Assembly: GCA_963695855.1 (NCBI GenBank)
Contig: CAVOHZ010000008.1
Coordinates: 537,343-601,342, forward strand
DNA from: an uncultured Nitrososphaerales archaeon
Lineage (GTDB): Archaea; Thermoproteota; Nitrososphaeria; Nitrososphaerales; Nitrososphaeraceae
Length of the DNA: 64,000 nt
Direction: 5' to 3'
Position 1 is the stretch's first letter, and each line of letters begins with the position of its first letter. Shown piece by piece: positions 55,145 to 64,000 of the stretch. Made by a program: the position numbers and the translations under genes. The notes under the pieces are model-generated. The model was not told the DNA's origin, ran no database searches, and saw only the letters and a list, made by a program, of their open reading frames with translations.

Positions 55145-55231
55145 CCACTTTTCACTGTTTATTTATTTCTCTAAATAATTTTAATTTTAATGATTTTTAA
55201 ATTATCGTTAATTATGCAATTTATTACAGTA

Positions 55232-56107
55232 TTATTGATCTTTAATAATGTCATCCAAAGTGGTTCTTGAATAATAACTCCTGGCAAATTCCAATGCATT
55301 TTTCTGTCTATTAGATAGTGATATTCCTAACATGTCTTTGAATTCAAATGCATTAATAACGGCTTTAGCACCATAATGATTGTTAAAATAAATTCTTAAA
55401 GTATTGGTTTTACTAGTGATCTCTTTTATCTTTCCGATCCATGGTTTCAGTTCTTCCTTTAAATAAAGGTAATTGTATCTGTGTCTTGAACTTCTTCCGT
55501 GAAATCGTATAAATGAGTGGTTGTTTGAAGTGATCGTAACCTCTGCCAGATATTGAAGATTGTCTGATAATGGTGAATCGGTCATTACCGCTGCAATATC
55601 ATAATGTTTTAGCATTTCCCACGGACCCTCTGTATTCCATGATGGATGTCTGAATTCCAATGCGTATTGATATCCTGATGGTAATCTATCAAGAAAATTC
55701 TCAGTATCTTTAAAATCACTAACGGTAAAGCTAGGAGGTAATTGTACAAGTATGGCACCCAACTTATTTGCTATCTTCAAGGGTGAGATCTTGTCTAGAA
55801 ATTCTTCAAGCGATGATATTGCTCCTTTCCTTACATCCAATCTTTTTATATGTGTAACAGTTTCAGGCACTTTTATTGAAAATTCAAAATTTTCTGGAGT
55901 TGCCTTATCCATGCCAATGAATGTTTGTTTTGTCATGTATATGTAAAATTTTTCATAGAATGTTGAATCCATTTCAACGCTATCAAAGAAACGAGAATAA
56001 TAGGAAAGTCTTTTTGTTTGACTACTAGGATAAAAGACTTTGGTCCATCCCCCTTTCTCTGGAGGGTCTGCATAACTCCATCCTGAACATCCTAAATAAA
56101 TTTGCAA
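55232..56107 (-). CDS. DUF72 (YecE-like) protein
   Basis: GCSGWSY, VEMDSTFY, KVPETVTH, QLPPSF, EFRHPSW, IRFHGR, YFNNH. Confidence 0.95.
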   Translation of the reverse strand: MQIYLGCSGWSYADPPEKGGWTKVFYPSSQTKRLSYYSRFFDSVEMDSTFYEKFYIYMTKQTFIGMDKATPENFEFSIKVPETVTHIKRLDVRKGAISSLEEFLDKISPLKIANKLGAILVQLPPSFTVSDFKDTENFLDRLPSGYQYALEFRHPSWNTEGPWEMLKHYDIAAVMTDSPLSDNLQYLAEVTITSNNHSFIRFHGRSSRHRYNYLYLKEELKPWIGKIKEITSKTNTLRIYFNNHYGAKAVINAFEFKDMLGISLSNRQKNALEFARSYYSRTTLDDIIKDQ

Positions 56108-56503
56108 TATTTTATATTATATCCTGGATGCAAAAATCCTTTCTAAAATAAAAATCACTTGCAATTGGAAAAGTTTGCTAAGATGGTGTTATATTTATCC
56201 TGGAGTTCAGGTATGTTTCTTTTATAAATTAAATGCCTTTCCATTTCTTCAAAATCTTTGGATATATTTTTTATTGAGAATGTCACAAAATTCATCGTAT
56301 AATATAACATTCATCGTTATACTGCTGTTTATCATTAGAAATATTTAGCGCAGATAATTTTATAACGTTTTTTATAATACCCTCAATACATTTCTGGATC
56401 TGATAACAACACATTATTTGACAAGCTATAAATTTCGAAAAAACAAGATCAGAGATGATTAAAAAGAAAAATCCTTAATTATTTCTTATCAATATAATAT
56501 ACT

Positions 56504-57034
56504 GTGAAAATTCAAATTCCATTTGTTACCATGATATTGGCAATCGGTTTTTTATTTCCAATGATGGTAAATTTTGCTTTTGGAGATTCAGATTATACAC
56601 TTGAATTAAAGGATGTAGATACTATACCTATTGTTACAAAGTTCGAAGTAGATGGAGAAAGTTACATGCAGATATGTCCATATGTTATCTGTAAAATAGA
56701 GGTTATTAATAGTTCATTTACTCCTCCAAATCCTGATAACAAGACGATGATGATCGCACATGCTATAGATTTTAATGTAAAGTACAATAACACGGATATG
56801 AAAGAAGGTCTTAATCAAAATATATTTGAGAAATTTAGCGAAAGTATGGATGGATGCATAATTCATAATATAATTAAAGATGAAGAACGTGAGATTTATT
56901 TCTGTAATAATGGAATGGACGTTCTCAAGCGAAATTCTGATTCTAAATCTTGGTATTATGATTCTAATGGAATTTATGATGTAATAAAACATACTTATAC
57001 TGTAAAGGGAGACTTCAACAGCGATTCTCCATAA
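56504..57034 (+). CDS. Secreted hypothetical protein
   Basis: Signal peptide; four Cys. Confidence 0.7.
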   Translation: MKIQIPFVTMILAIGFLFPMMVNFAFGDSDYTLELKDVDTIPIVTKFEVDGESYMQICPYVICKIEVINSSFTPPNPDNKTMMIAHAIDFNVKYNNTDMKEGLNQNIFEKFSESMDGCIIHNIIKDEEREIYFCNNGMDVLKRNSDSKSWYYDSNGIYDVIKHTYTVKGDFNSDSP

Positions 57035-57447
57035 AAAACAAAAATATAAAAATATAAAAATATAAAAGTATAGTTATAATTATAATTTTATCACATGGCG
57101 TTATAATTGATATTTCTGTCTATACCAAATCGCTATTTTCTGCTGTTGCTTCCTCTCTGTCGATTTCCTATTATACCTAAAAATGAATTGAAATTATTTT
57201 AATTATTGATAATTGAGAGTGTTAAAATATTACAACGTCGGATAATGTTCCTTTCAACCGTAGATATATTATAATTGTAGATAAAAACTGTCTAAGAATG
57301 AGCAATGTACGAAATACTAGATGATGCGGGAATTTCTCCTGAAGACAAATAATCTATACTACAATGTTTGGTTTTTTTGGGAATAATTGAACTGCCAGCA
57401 CCAAAACTATAAATTTTATCTTTTTTTTAATTCTTATGAATTTTAAT

Positions 57448-57684
57448 CTATTTTTTAGCCATCGTTACTTCATTAATCCAATCACATTTTACGTTAATCT
57501 TGGAGTGATGTTTTTCAACTGCTTCCTTGCTGGGTGCTTCCAGCACACAGTAACATAGATCTGCTTCCCTGTTGTAGAAAATGTTAATGTGGGTAACACC
57601 TAATTCATCCTTGGGTAAATCAATAAGCTCTTGTATGTTCTTGTCCAAGGATGGAATTTTGTGCACATCCAGAAAAATCGGCAT
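57448..57684 (-). CDS. DUF4242 / SCO4226-like nickel-binding protein
   Basis: MPIFLDVH..CYCVLEAPSKEAVEKHH..CDWINEV. Confidence 0.85.
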   Translation of the reverse strand: MPIFLDVHKIPSLDKNIQELIDLPKDELGVTHINIFYNREADLCYCVLEAPSKEAVEKHHSKINVKCDWINEVTMAKK

Positions 57685-58135
57685 AACTATATTTCGGGAA
57701 CAAATTTATTAATTTATAGCTAATTTTATATTAAATCTCATAACTGTTGTTTGGTATATTACTATTGTTGTATTTCTATACATATGTAATTGATATTTTA
57801 CTTGTACAAAAAAATCCCTTTAATTTATGATTCTGCTGGACAACCAATTAGCGTTTATTTCAATCTTGATTATACGCAATAATAACAATCAAGATAATAT
57901 TAGTATTAAATACATCATAAATTGTCATTCTATTAATTTCAAGTTGGGTTGGTCAGAAAATAAATAATTATAAAAAAATTTTTTTAATGCAAAAAGTACT
58001 TATTTCGATCTACAAAATCCGTCAAGATTAATTGACTATGCACTGAGTAAGTTTATGATCTATGTCATCGTTTAGCATAATACTTCATGTAAAATTAGAT
58101 CATTTGCAGAAATAGTGATATTCAAAAAAATTATC

Positions 58136-58432
58136 TTATAATTTCTGAAATATTTCTCTGTTTTCTTCATTATAAGTGAATGCTTTGAGCGTTTTAGTTC
58201 TAACATTGCCTAGACTTCCAGTTGACAGCATTACTTTCATTATTGCCTTGTCATCAGGAGCCTCAACTATTACTATCCCGTCATATTCTCCAAATGTAAA
58301 GTATTCATTGATTAATTTTGCACCCACCTTTTCCAATTCAGATTTGAAGTTCTCAATTCTTTTCGGTACATCTTTTACGTTTCGTATTCCTTGATCTGTC
58401 CAGTTGTATAAAATTATATAATTAGGCATCAA
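58136..58432 (-). CDS. GYD domain protein
   Basis: WTDQG..YFTFGEYD..EAPDD..GNVRTKTLKAF. Confidence 0.92.
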   Translation of the reverse strand: MMPNYIILYNWTDQGIRNVKDVPKRIENFKSELEKVGAKLINEYFTFGEYDGIVIVEAPDDKAIMKVMLSTGSLGNVRTKTLKAFTYNEENREIFQKL

Positions 58433-58613
58433 AATATATCTACATAACTATTTTTTAAAGATTTCCAATTTTCGAGGAATAAAAATTGTGATATCAGAAT
58501 GCCAACAGGTACTTACCTATCCAACTATAGGATCACCTGAAATTATCAGTTTTTCCTTACAAGGGTAGAAATGTCTTTTTATAATTGTTAACCATATCAT
58601 CTGTGATGGCAGT

Positions 58614-58766
58614 GTGAAGGATAAATCCATGTGTCCTATTTGTAAAAAGAAATTGATCGAACATTCAGAGTTGCAGGACAAAATATGCAAAATGATTACA
58701 ATAAAGCAATTTGCAAATAACTCTCCTAATTTTGATGTTCAGTTTAGACCTTTCTTCGAAGATTAA
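58614..58766 (+). CDS. Small CPxC zinc-finger microprotein (not in ORF track)
   Basis: Hand translation (V)KDKSMCPICKKKLIEHSELQDKICKMITIKQFANNSPNFDVQFRPFFED*; start at GTG 58614 or ATG 58629. Confidence 0.55.
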   Translation: MKDKSMCPICKKKLIEHSELQDKICKMITIKQFANNSPNFDVQFRPFFED

Positions 58767-59597
58767 ACATAATCTTCCTTAAAATTACTTGTACTGGTCA
58801 TGTATATATTTTGAAACCTTTAGCTAATACATCGAGTTCCAATAATGTATCAGCCGCCAAAAAATGTCTCAAACTTTTTTTCACTTAAGGATTGATTTTT
58901 TTGAATGCTTATATAGTAAACATTTCAAGGGGAAGAATGCACAATCATGCATGGATACCAAAATATAGAGCAAGAAGATGGGTTTTTGAAAGGAGACATT
59001 CTTGGATGAACAGATTCAGGCGATTGGTGATTCGATGAGAAAAGAATGAAGATAACATCCATGTAAGTTTGTTAGCATATGTTAAGCTAACAACCGTTAG
59101 AGCTATATATATGATAAATGGAAAAATAATATAAAATAACAATAATTATCAATAACTATCCTGTTGAATTATATAGTCTGTAATGACTGATGAGATTTTG
59201 AATCATCAATCTGACAAAAATTATTTGATTCAAAAGAAGGTTTTGCTCTAACGTGTTTGCACAAGATGAAGGTGGAATGATTTTCGGTAACTCATAAAAA
59301 TAAATAGAATTTCCAAATTTTTAAACAATTTTTAATTTTTTATTGTAATTTTCAATTTTAAATATAACCGTTAAATAATACATTAAATTATTTTAACTTA
59401 ATTTATTTTTTGATACATTAAAAATTTTGTTATTTGTTTATTATAATTCTTATTATGAGATTAATTATTCTGAACAAGATAAGTATATCTACAGTATCGT
59501 ACTAATAGGCAATATCAATGATAATTTGTATAATCAGAATACAGATACTAGGTGATTTATATGAAATCCTTAAATAGTTCTCACAAATCTTTAATTT

Positions 59598-60443
59598 GTG
59601 GAGTTAGAAAAAAATCATATCATAATTCTATCTTATATTTTTATTATTTGCTTTGTTAGTAGTAGCATATTGTTTTTATCTGTTCGCCAGTTATCTTTTG
59701 CACAAAAAGATGATGATAATGATAAACTAGTAGTTAGAGCTAAAATTAATTTACAAAATATAGATTTTGAAATAGCAAAATTCATAAGAGTTATAGGTTT
59801 TATAAATGGTGAGGAATTTAAAGAAGATATTCCAATCTCTTCTATAGATAAGACCAAGAAAACTCTTAATGTTGATTTAAAATCAAATGTTAAAAATGAG
59901 ATAGTCACAGCAGATACACCAGATGAATTCTTTGTATGCGCATATCAAGTTGGAGATGTACAACATGAATATAATTCCATTACAAAATTTGATTGTAATG
60001 AAGGAGATCTACTAAGTGTAGATAAACCTACAATAACTAGGCTTTTTAGTTTAGGTTCCCAAGTGTACGCTCAAAGTAAAGCAGTTTATGATGCTACTCT
60101 AAATAAATCAACAAATGACAAAAGTGATACAGTTAAACTAAAAATTCTTGCTCCTTTGGCAGATAGAAAAGATACAGAAAAGTTAAAAATTGCTGTGATG
60201 ATAAAAGGTCAAATAAAATCAGAAGTTATAGAAGATGTTCAAGCTGAACTTGATAAAAGCAAACATAGTACAATAAAAAGAATATTTACTTTTGACAGAG
60301 ATACTGACATAGGCAAAATACAAATTGGAGATAGATACCATGCCTGTGTTTCAAGTGATGATTTACGCCCACCAGAAGGAACAGAATGTGAGAAGAGAGT
60401 AGTACACCAATTTGATAAAGTAAATTCCCTGCCAGCACGCTAG
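59598..60443 (+). CDS. Secreted protein with two similar Cys-pair domains
   Basis: DEFFVC..DCNE and DRYHAC..ECE halves; signal peptide. Confidence 0.75.
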   Translation: MELEKNHIIILSYIFIICFVSSSILFLSVRQLSFAQKDDDNDKLVVRAKINLQNIDFEIAKFIRVIGFINGEEFKEDIPISSIDKTKKTLNVDLKSNVKNEIVTADTPDEFFVCAYQVGDVQHEYNSITKFDCNEGDLLSVDKPTITRLFSLGSQVYAQSKAVYDATLNKSTNDKSDTVKLKILAPLADRKDTEKLKIAVMIKGQIKSEVIEDVQAELDKSKHSTIKRIFTFDRDTDIGKIQIGDRYHACVSSDDLRPPEGTECEKRVVHQFDKVNSLPAR

Positions 60444-60634
60444 ATAAATAAATAAATTACATATCTAATAAGGATTCGATAATAGTTTTTGAATTATTGT
60501 ATGTAATTATTGGATTTCATAGTTGCGCAACAAAACAACTTGAAAGGAAATATCATGTAATAAAGTGATCGATAACAGAAAAATTCAAAAAACGGAAATA
60601 AAATTTTTCATCTCATCACTAGTATTATTTCATA

Positions 60635-61729
60635 TCATATTATTCCTTTTTTATACAACAAAAATATTACTACTAACGCTGCGGGAATAGCAAATATTAT
60701 TGCATATGTGAGCTGAACAAGAAAAATAGTAGATATCAGACCAGTGCTGTATTCTGCAACTGGTGAAGTGATCCCTCCATGCTGCATTTCAGCATCATCA
60801 GATGCTAAGGACGATGATGGTATATCTGGATTTTGATACACTATAGTATCAAATATTGTATGAGAGGGATTATTTCCAACATTCTCTATTCGAATTGTTA
60901 CTGGACCTGGCTCAGAAAATGTATATTGAAGTGTAGCAGCCCCCACTTGAGATATTCCAGAGGTTCGTTCTAAAGTTTTGTTATTTTGAATAATCACGAA
61001 GTCAAAAGGCAGTAAATGAGATTTTCTATTTGATGGCATTTCAAAAAAATCAATTAAAAAAGTTGAAGGATCATGAATTTTTAAAACTCTAGGACTCCAT
61101 CCCATGTCTATGTCATATTTCTCGTCATTAGTAAGTGTATGAACTGGAAACCTTGATAGTTTATTTCCCAACCCATCAACAGGATAGTCTGGTATATTTT
61201 TCAACATACCATCGTGTTTAAATGGCTGCTCACTAACTTGGACTGATCCCGTCATCCAAGGATGAATAGTACAAAAATAGGTAAATAATCCCCTTTTGTT
61301 AGTAAAATTGTATGACCAAGATTCACCAGGGCCAAAAAGCCCGCTATCAAATATACCATTTGTCTTTCCTAATTCATTACTCAAAAGACTCATAATACCT
61401 GAACCTACTCCGCTAGTGACGGTATGGGATTCAACGTCATTGTTAGTCCATTTGACTGTGTTTCCAGAACTAATATCAAGTTTTGGAGGGATATACCACT
61501 TTCTCTCTTCTAGATTGGTTATATCCACTGAAGGATTTGCAGATCCTTTGGGAATAGTTACCTCGTATATTTTGCTAATGTTTATTTTCTTATTTTCCTG
61601 TGCATCTATGGTAGTTATAACATCAAAGGTGAAATGCAAGTTATAGAAAAGAAAAATTGATGAGATCAGTATCAGAGGCGTAAAAACAAAATAGTAGCAT
61701 ATAAAATGGCGATTATTAGAATAAAGCAA
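60635..61729 (-). CDS. Membrane-anchored blue (type 1) copper protein
   Basis: GNTVKWTNNDVESHTVTSG..FDSG..YFCTIHPWMTG, intact ligands; C-terminal TM. Confidence 0.92.
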   Translation of the reverse strand: MLYSNNRHFICYYFVFTPLILISSIFLFYNLHFTFDVITTIDAQENKKINISKIYEVTIPKGSANPSVDITNLEERKWYIPPKLDISSGNTVKWTNNDVESHTVTSGVGSGIMSLLSNELGKTNGIFDSGLFGPGESWSYNFTNKRGLFTYFCTIHPWMTGSVQVSEQPFKHDGMLKNIPDYPVDGLGNKLSRFPVHTLTNDEKYDIDMGWSPRVLKIHDPSTFLIDFFEMPSNRKSHLLPFDFVIIQNNKTLERTSGISQVGAATLQYTFSEPGPVTIRIENVGNNPSHTIFDTIVYQNPDIPSSSLASDDAEMQHGGITSPVAEYSTGLISTIFLVQLTYAIIFAIPAALVVIFLLYKKGII

Positions 61730-62179
61730 TATACTGTTTTTTATACTTTTATACTAAAAAGTTTTCGGGAAATAAGATTGAACACTTTATATTCATTTTT
61801 TGAATTTATTTTTAAAAAACAAACAAATCTATCGTTAAAGGATCTATTGTTATATCTTGCTCATTAAGATATATTTCGACTTTCGTATGTTTTATAATTA
61901 TGGATTTCTAGTAAGGAAATAGAGTCTCATTCAGATAAAATCTTTTAGTTCTAAAATGTGCGGATACATGATGACAGATCGCTTTTATTCTTTATAGAAT
62001 CTGATAATTAGTAAATTTGATTAGAAAATATAGATTAATTGGAACAGGTTACCGAAATGTGCTAGCAATAGCGAGATACACTACAAGACACGAACTATAT
62101 AAATAAGATAGTTTTAAAATAAAGAGAAGGTGTAAAGATAATTCTCAACAGAAAACTTTCAGAATTAACTTTAGAAGAA

Positions 62180-63013
62180 TTGTTTTCCCAAACATTATTC
62201 GAAACACCATGCATTTTTGTAGATAAAAACAGAGATATTTGGATTGCTATAGAAATATGCGCTCAATATTTAGAATCAGCTGTAGATGCAATTATTGTTA
62301 AAAGTGATAATAATCCTGTCGGGATGATTGGTGGACGTGAGATTTTATCTCATTTGAGAAAAAATACCATACCTGATTCTTATTTTCGAACTAAGATAGA
62401 TGATATTTTTTTTAACCACTTTCCTGAAGTCGATGGAAAGGTGCAACTTGGTGATTTAATGGACAAATGGAAAAGTACAGCAAGAGCATTTTCTGTCATT
62501 CCTAACGAGAATGGAGATTATTTTTCAATCTCTGCAAGGAAAATGCTTGAAATTGGTAAGCGATATAAATCAGGTATTTCTGTTTCATCCATACCAAAAA
62601 AGAACATAGTTACTTTTAAGGGAGACGAATCTTTAGGCGATATTCTCGACATAATGTTAAAAAATCACATTAGAAGGGTCTTGTTGGAAAACTCTAATCA
62701 ATTTATTAGTGATCGAATAATTCTGGGTGAACTTTCTATGATCTTGAAATATCAAGACTTAGATAATCTTCTAGATATTCCTATTAATAAATTTAAATTC
62801 GAGTACACAAAAGATATTACTACTGACCTAACTCTAAGCCAAATTTGTTTAATAATGGATAAAATGGATCATCCTTGTATATTGTATCAAGATTCAATAG
62901 TTACACCTTGGGACATATGTCTCATCTTGCTTTCAGAGAATTTGACAGAATCTAGTGGTAGAACATATTTACAAAAAAGGTTATGTCCACATTGTGGAAA
63001 GGAAATAGAATAA
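62180..63013 (+). CDS. CBS-domain protein with C-terminal CPHCG
   Basis: PVGMIG..IL; ESLGDILDIMLKNHIRRV; IVTPWD. Confidence 0.8.
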   Translation: MFSQTLFETPCIFVDKNRDIWIAIEICAQYLESAVDAIIVKSDNNPVGMIGGREILSHLRKNTIPDSYFRTKIDDIFFNHFPEVDGKVQLGDLMDKWKSTARAFSVIPNENGDYFSISARKMLEIGKRYKSGISVSSIPKKNIVTFKGDESLGDILDIMLKNHIRRVLLENSNQFISDRIILGELSMILKYQDLDNLLDIPINKFKFEYTKDITTDLTLSQICLIMDKMDHPCILYQDSIVTPWDICLILLSENLTESSGRTYLQKRLCPHCGKEIE

Positions 63014-63196
63014 GAATAAGAATTTATAGAAGCAATTTATAACCTGTTTTTATAAATTTCTTCTATTTATTATATCCTTGTTTGAAAAGTCATAATCATA
63101 GAACTTCAAAATAATGTCAAAATCAGTTGACTATCCTCAGAGTTCGTATATTGTCAATTAAGTGTGTACAAATTTTTAACTTTTATACACAATTTA

Positions 63197-63921
63197 GGAC
63201 CTGTTAATTTAAGAGAACAGATTTAGCTGTGAATTTCCTATTCTTAACTTGTATGTTACTAAGATTTTTCAGAAACAGAACATCCACTATTGTAGTTATG
63301 TACTCTTTGTATATGTATTTTCTTGGTTTGAGTTTACGGAATACTTCTAAAGCATTAGATATATTTGATGATGAGAAACGAAGTTATGTTTCTGTATGGA
63401 ATTGGATTCAAAGGTTTGGTTCTTCTCAAATCTACAAAAGGAAAAGAATTTCAGCATTCATCATAGATGAAACTGTTATTCAGATTGGAAACCATAATTA
63501 TTGGTTATGGATACCGATTGAACCAATTCACAAATCTGTACTTGGTATTCACATTTCAGAAGAAAGAAACATGTTTGTAGCAGAAAATTTCCTTAGCTCC
63601 TTGGTTGACAAATATGGCATACATACAATTTACACTGATGGTGGTACATGGTATCCTCAAGCGTGTCGGTTCTTACATCTAAAACATAGATTGCATTCTT
63701 CTTTAGAGAAGAGTTTGATAGAAAGAGTAATGCAGTATTTTAAGGATAGAACTGAATGTTTTGATGATTATTATCCATGTATTACTAAGAGGAAGAATAA
63801 TTGTGATCTAGAACATGTATACAATTGGATAAAGTTATTCACCTATTTGTATAATACAATAACTAGAAATAAAATTCTATTTATCAAAGGAGAGGTGAAA
63901 TAGTCTTAACTTAACAGCACC
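63197..63921 (+). mobile_element. IS6-family element with apparently intact transposase (63229-63903)
   Basis: IRs GGACCTGTTAATTTAAGA / TCTTAACTTAACAGCACC; IIDET, YTDGG, IERV..FKDRT. Confidence 0.93.
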
Positions 63922-63986
63922 GTTATCAATGTGTTATTATCGTATATATTTTCTTATAAGTCATATAAATAGAGGCATATTTGCAA

Positions 63987-64000
63987 CGGGCCCGTCGGGA
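63987..64000 (-). tRNA. Probable tRNA 3' end (partial, possibly Arg)
   Basis: Minus strand reads TCCCGACGGGCCCG, typical of an archaeal T-arm/acceptor 3' strand; only 14 nt visible. Confidence 0.45.

Noticed and set aside
1-64000. cas genes, reverse transcriptase or TnpB/IscB associated with the arrays
   Set aside because: No ORF shows such motifs; the transposases present are ordinary IS5, IS6 and IS630 types

Overview
AT-rich archaeal DNA. The gene content (aconitase-X mevalonate genes, mptE, Nip7, many secreted cupredoxins) and the IS repertoire point to an ammonia-oxidising Nitrososphaerales archaeon, probably Nitrosocosmicus-like (inference). About 1-35 kb is an IS- and pseudogene-rich accessory island of secreted His/Met-rich, probably copper/metal-handling proteins: a CopC-CopD fusion, cupredoxins, two paralogue families and a His-lined beta-propeller. 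It also carries a winged-HTH regulator coupled to a His-rich membrane protein and a recurring operator-like palindrome, GTACATTC-N3-GAATGTAC. About 35-48 kb is mostly housekeeping (Nop2/Sun, Nip7, RNase HIII-like, aconitase X pair, mptE, guaA), plus a frameshifted vanadium haloperoxidase and a candidate k-turn H/ACA RNA. There are two CRISPR arrays and no recognisable cas gene. One has 12 repeats and is cut by IS630. The other is chimeric: nine 30-bp repeats follow three repeats of a different 37-40-bp family without a gap, and a degenerate long repeat lies beyond. About 48-64 kb holds secreted/redox proteins, small genes, an IS6 and probably a tRNA 3' end. All family assignments come from motif recognition by eye; no database search was run.
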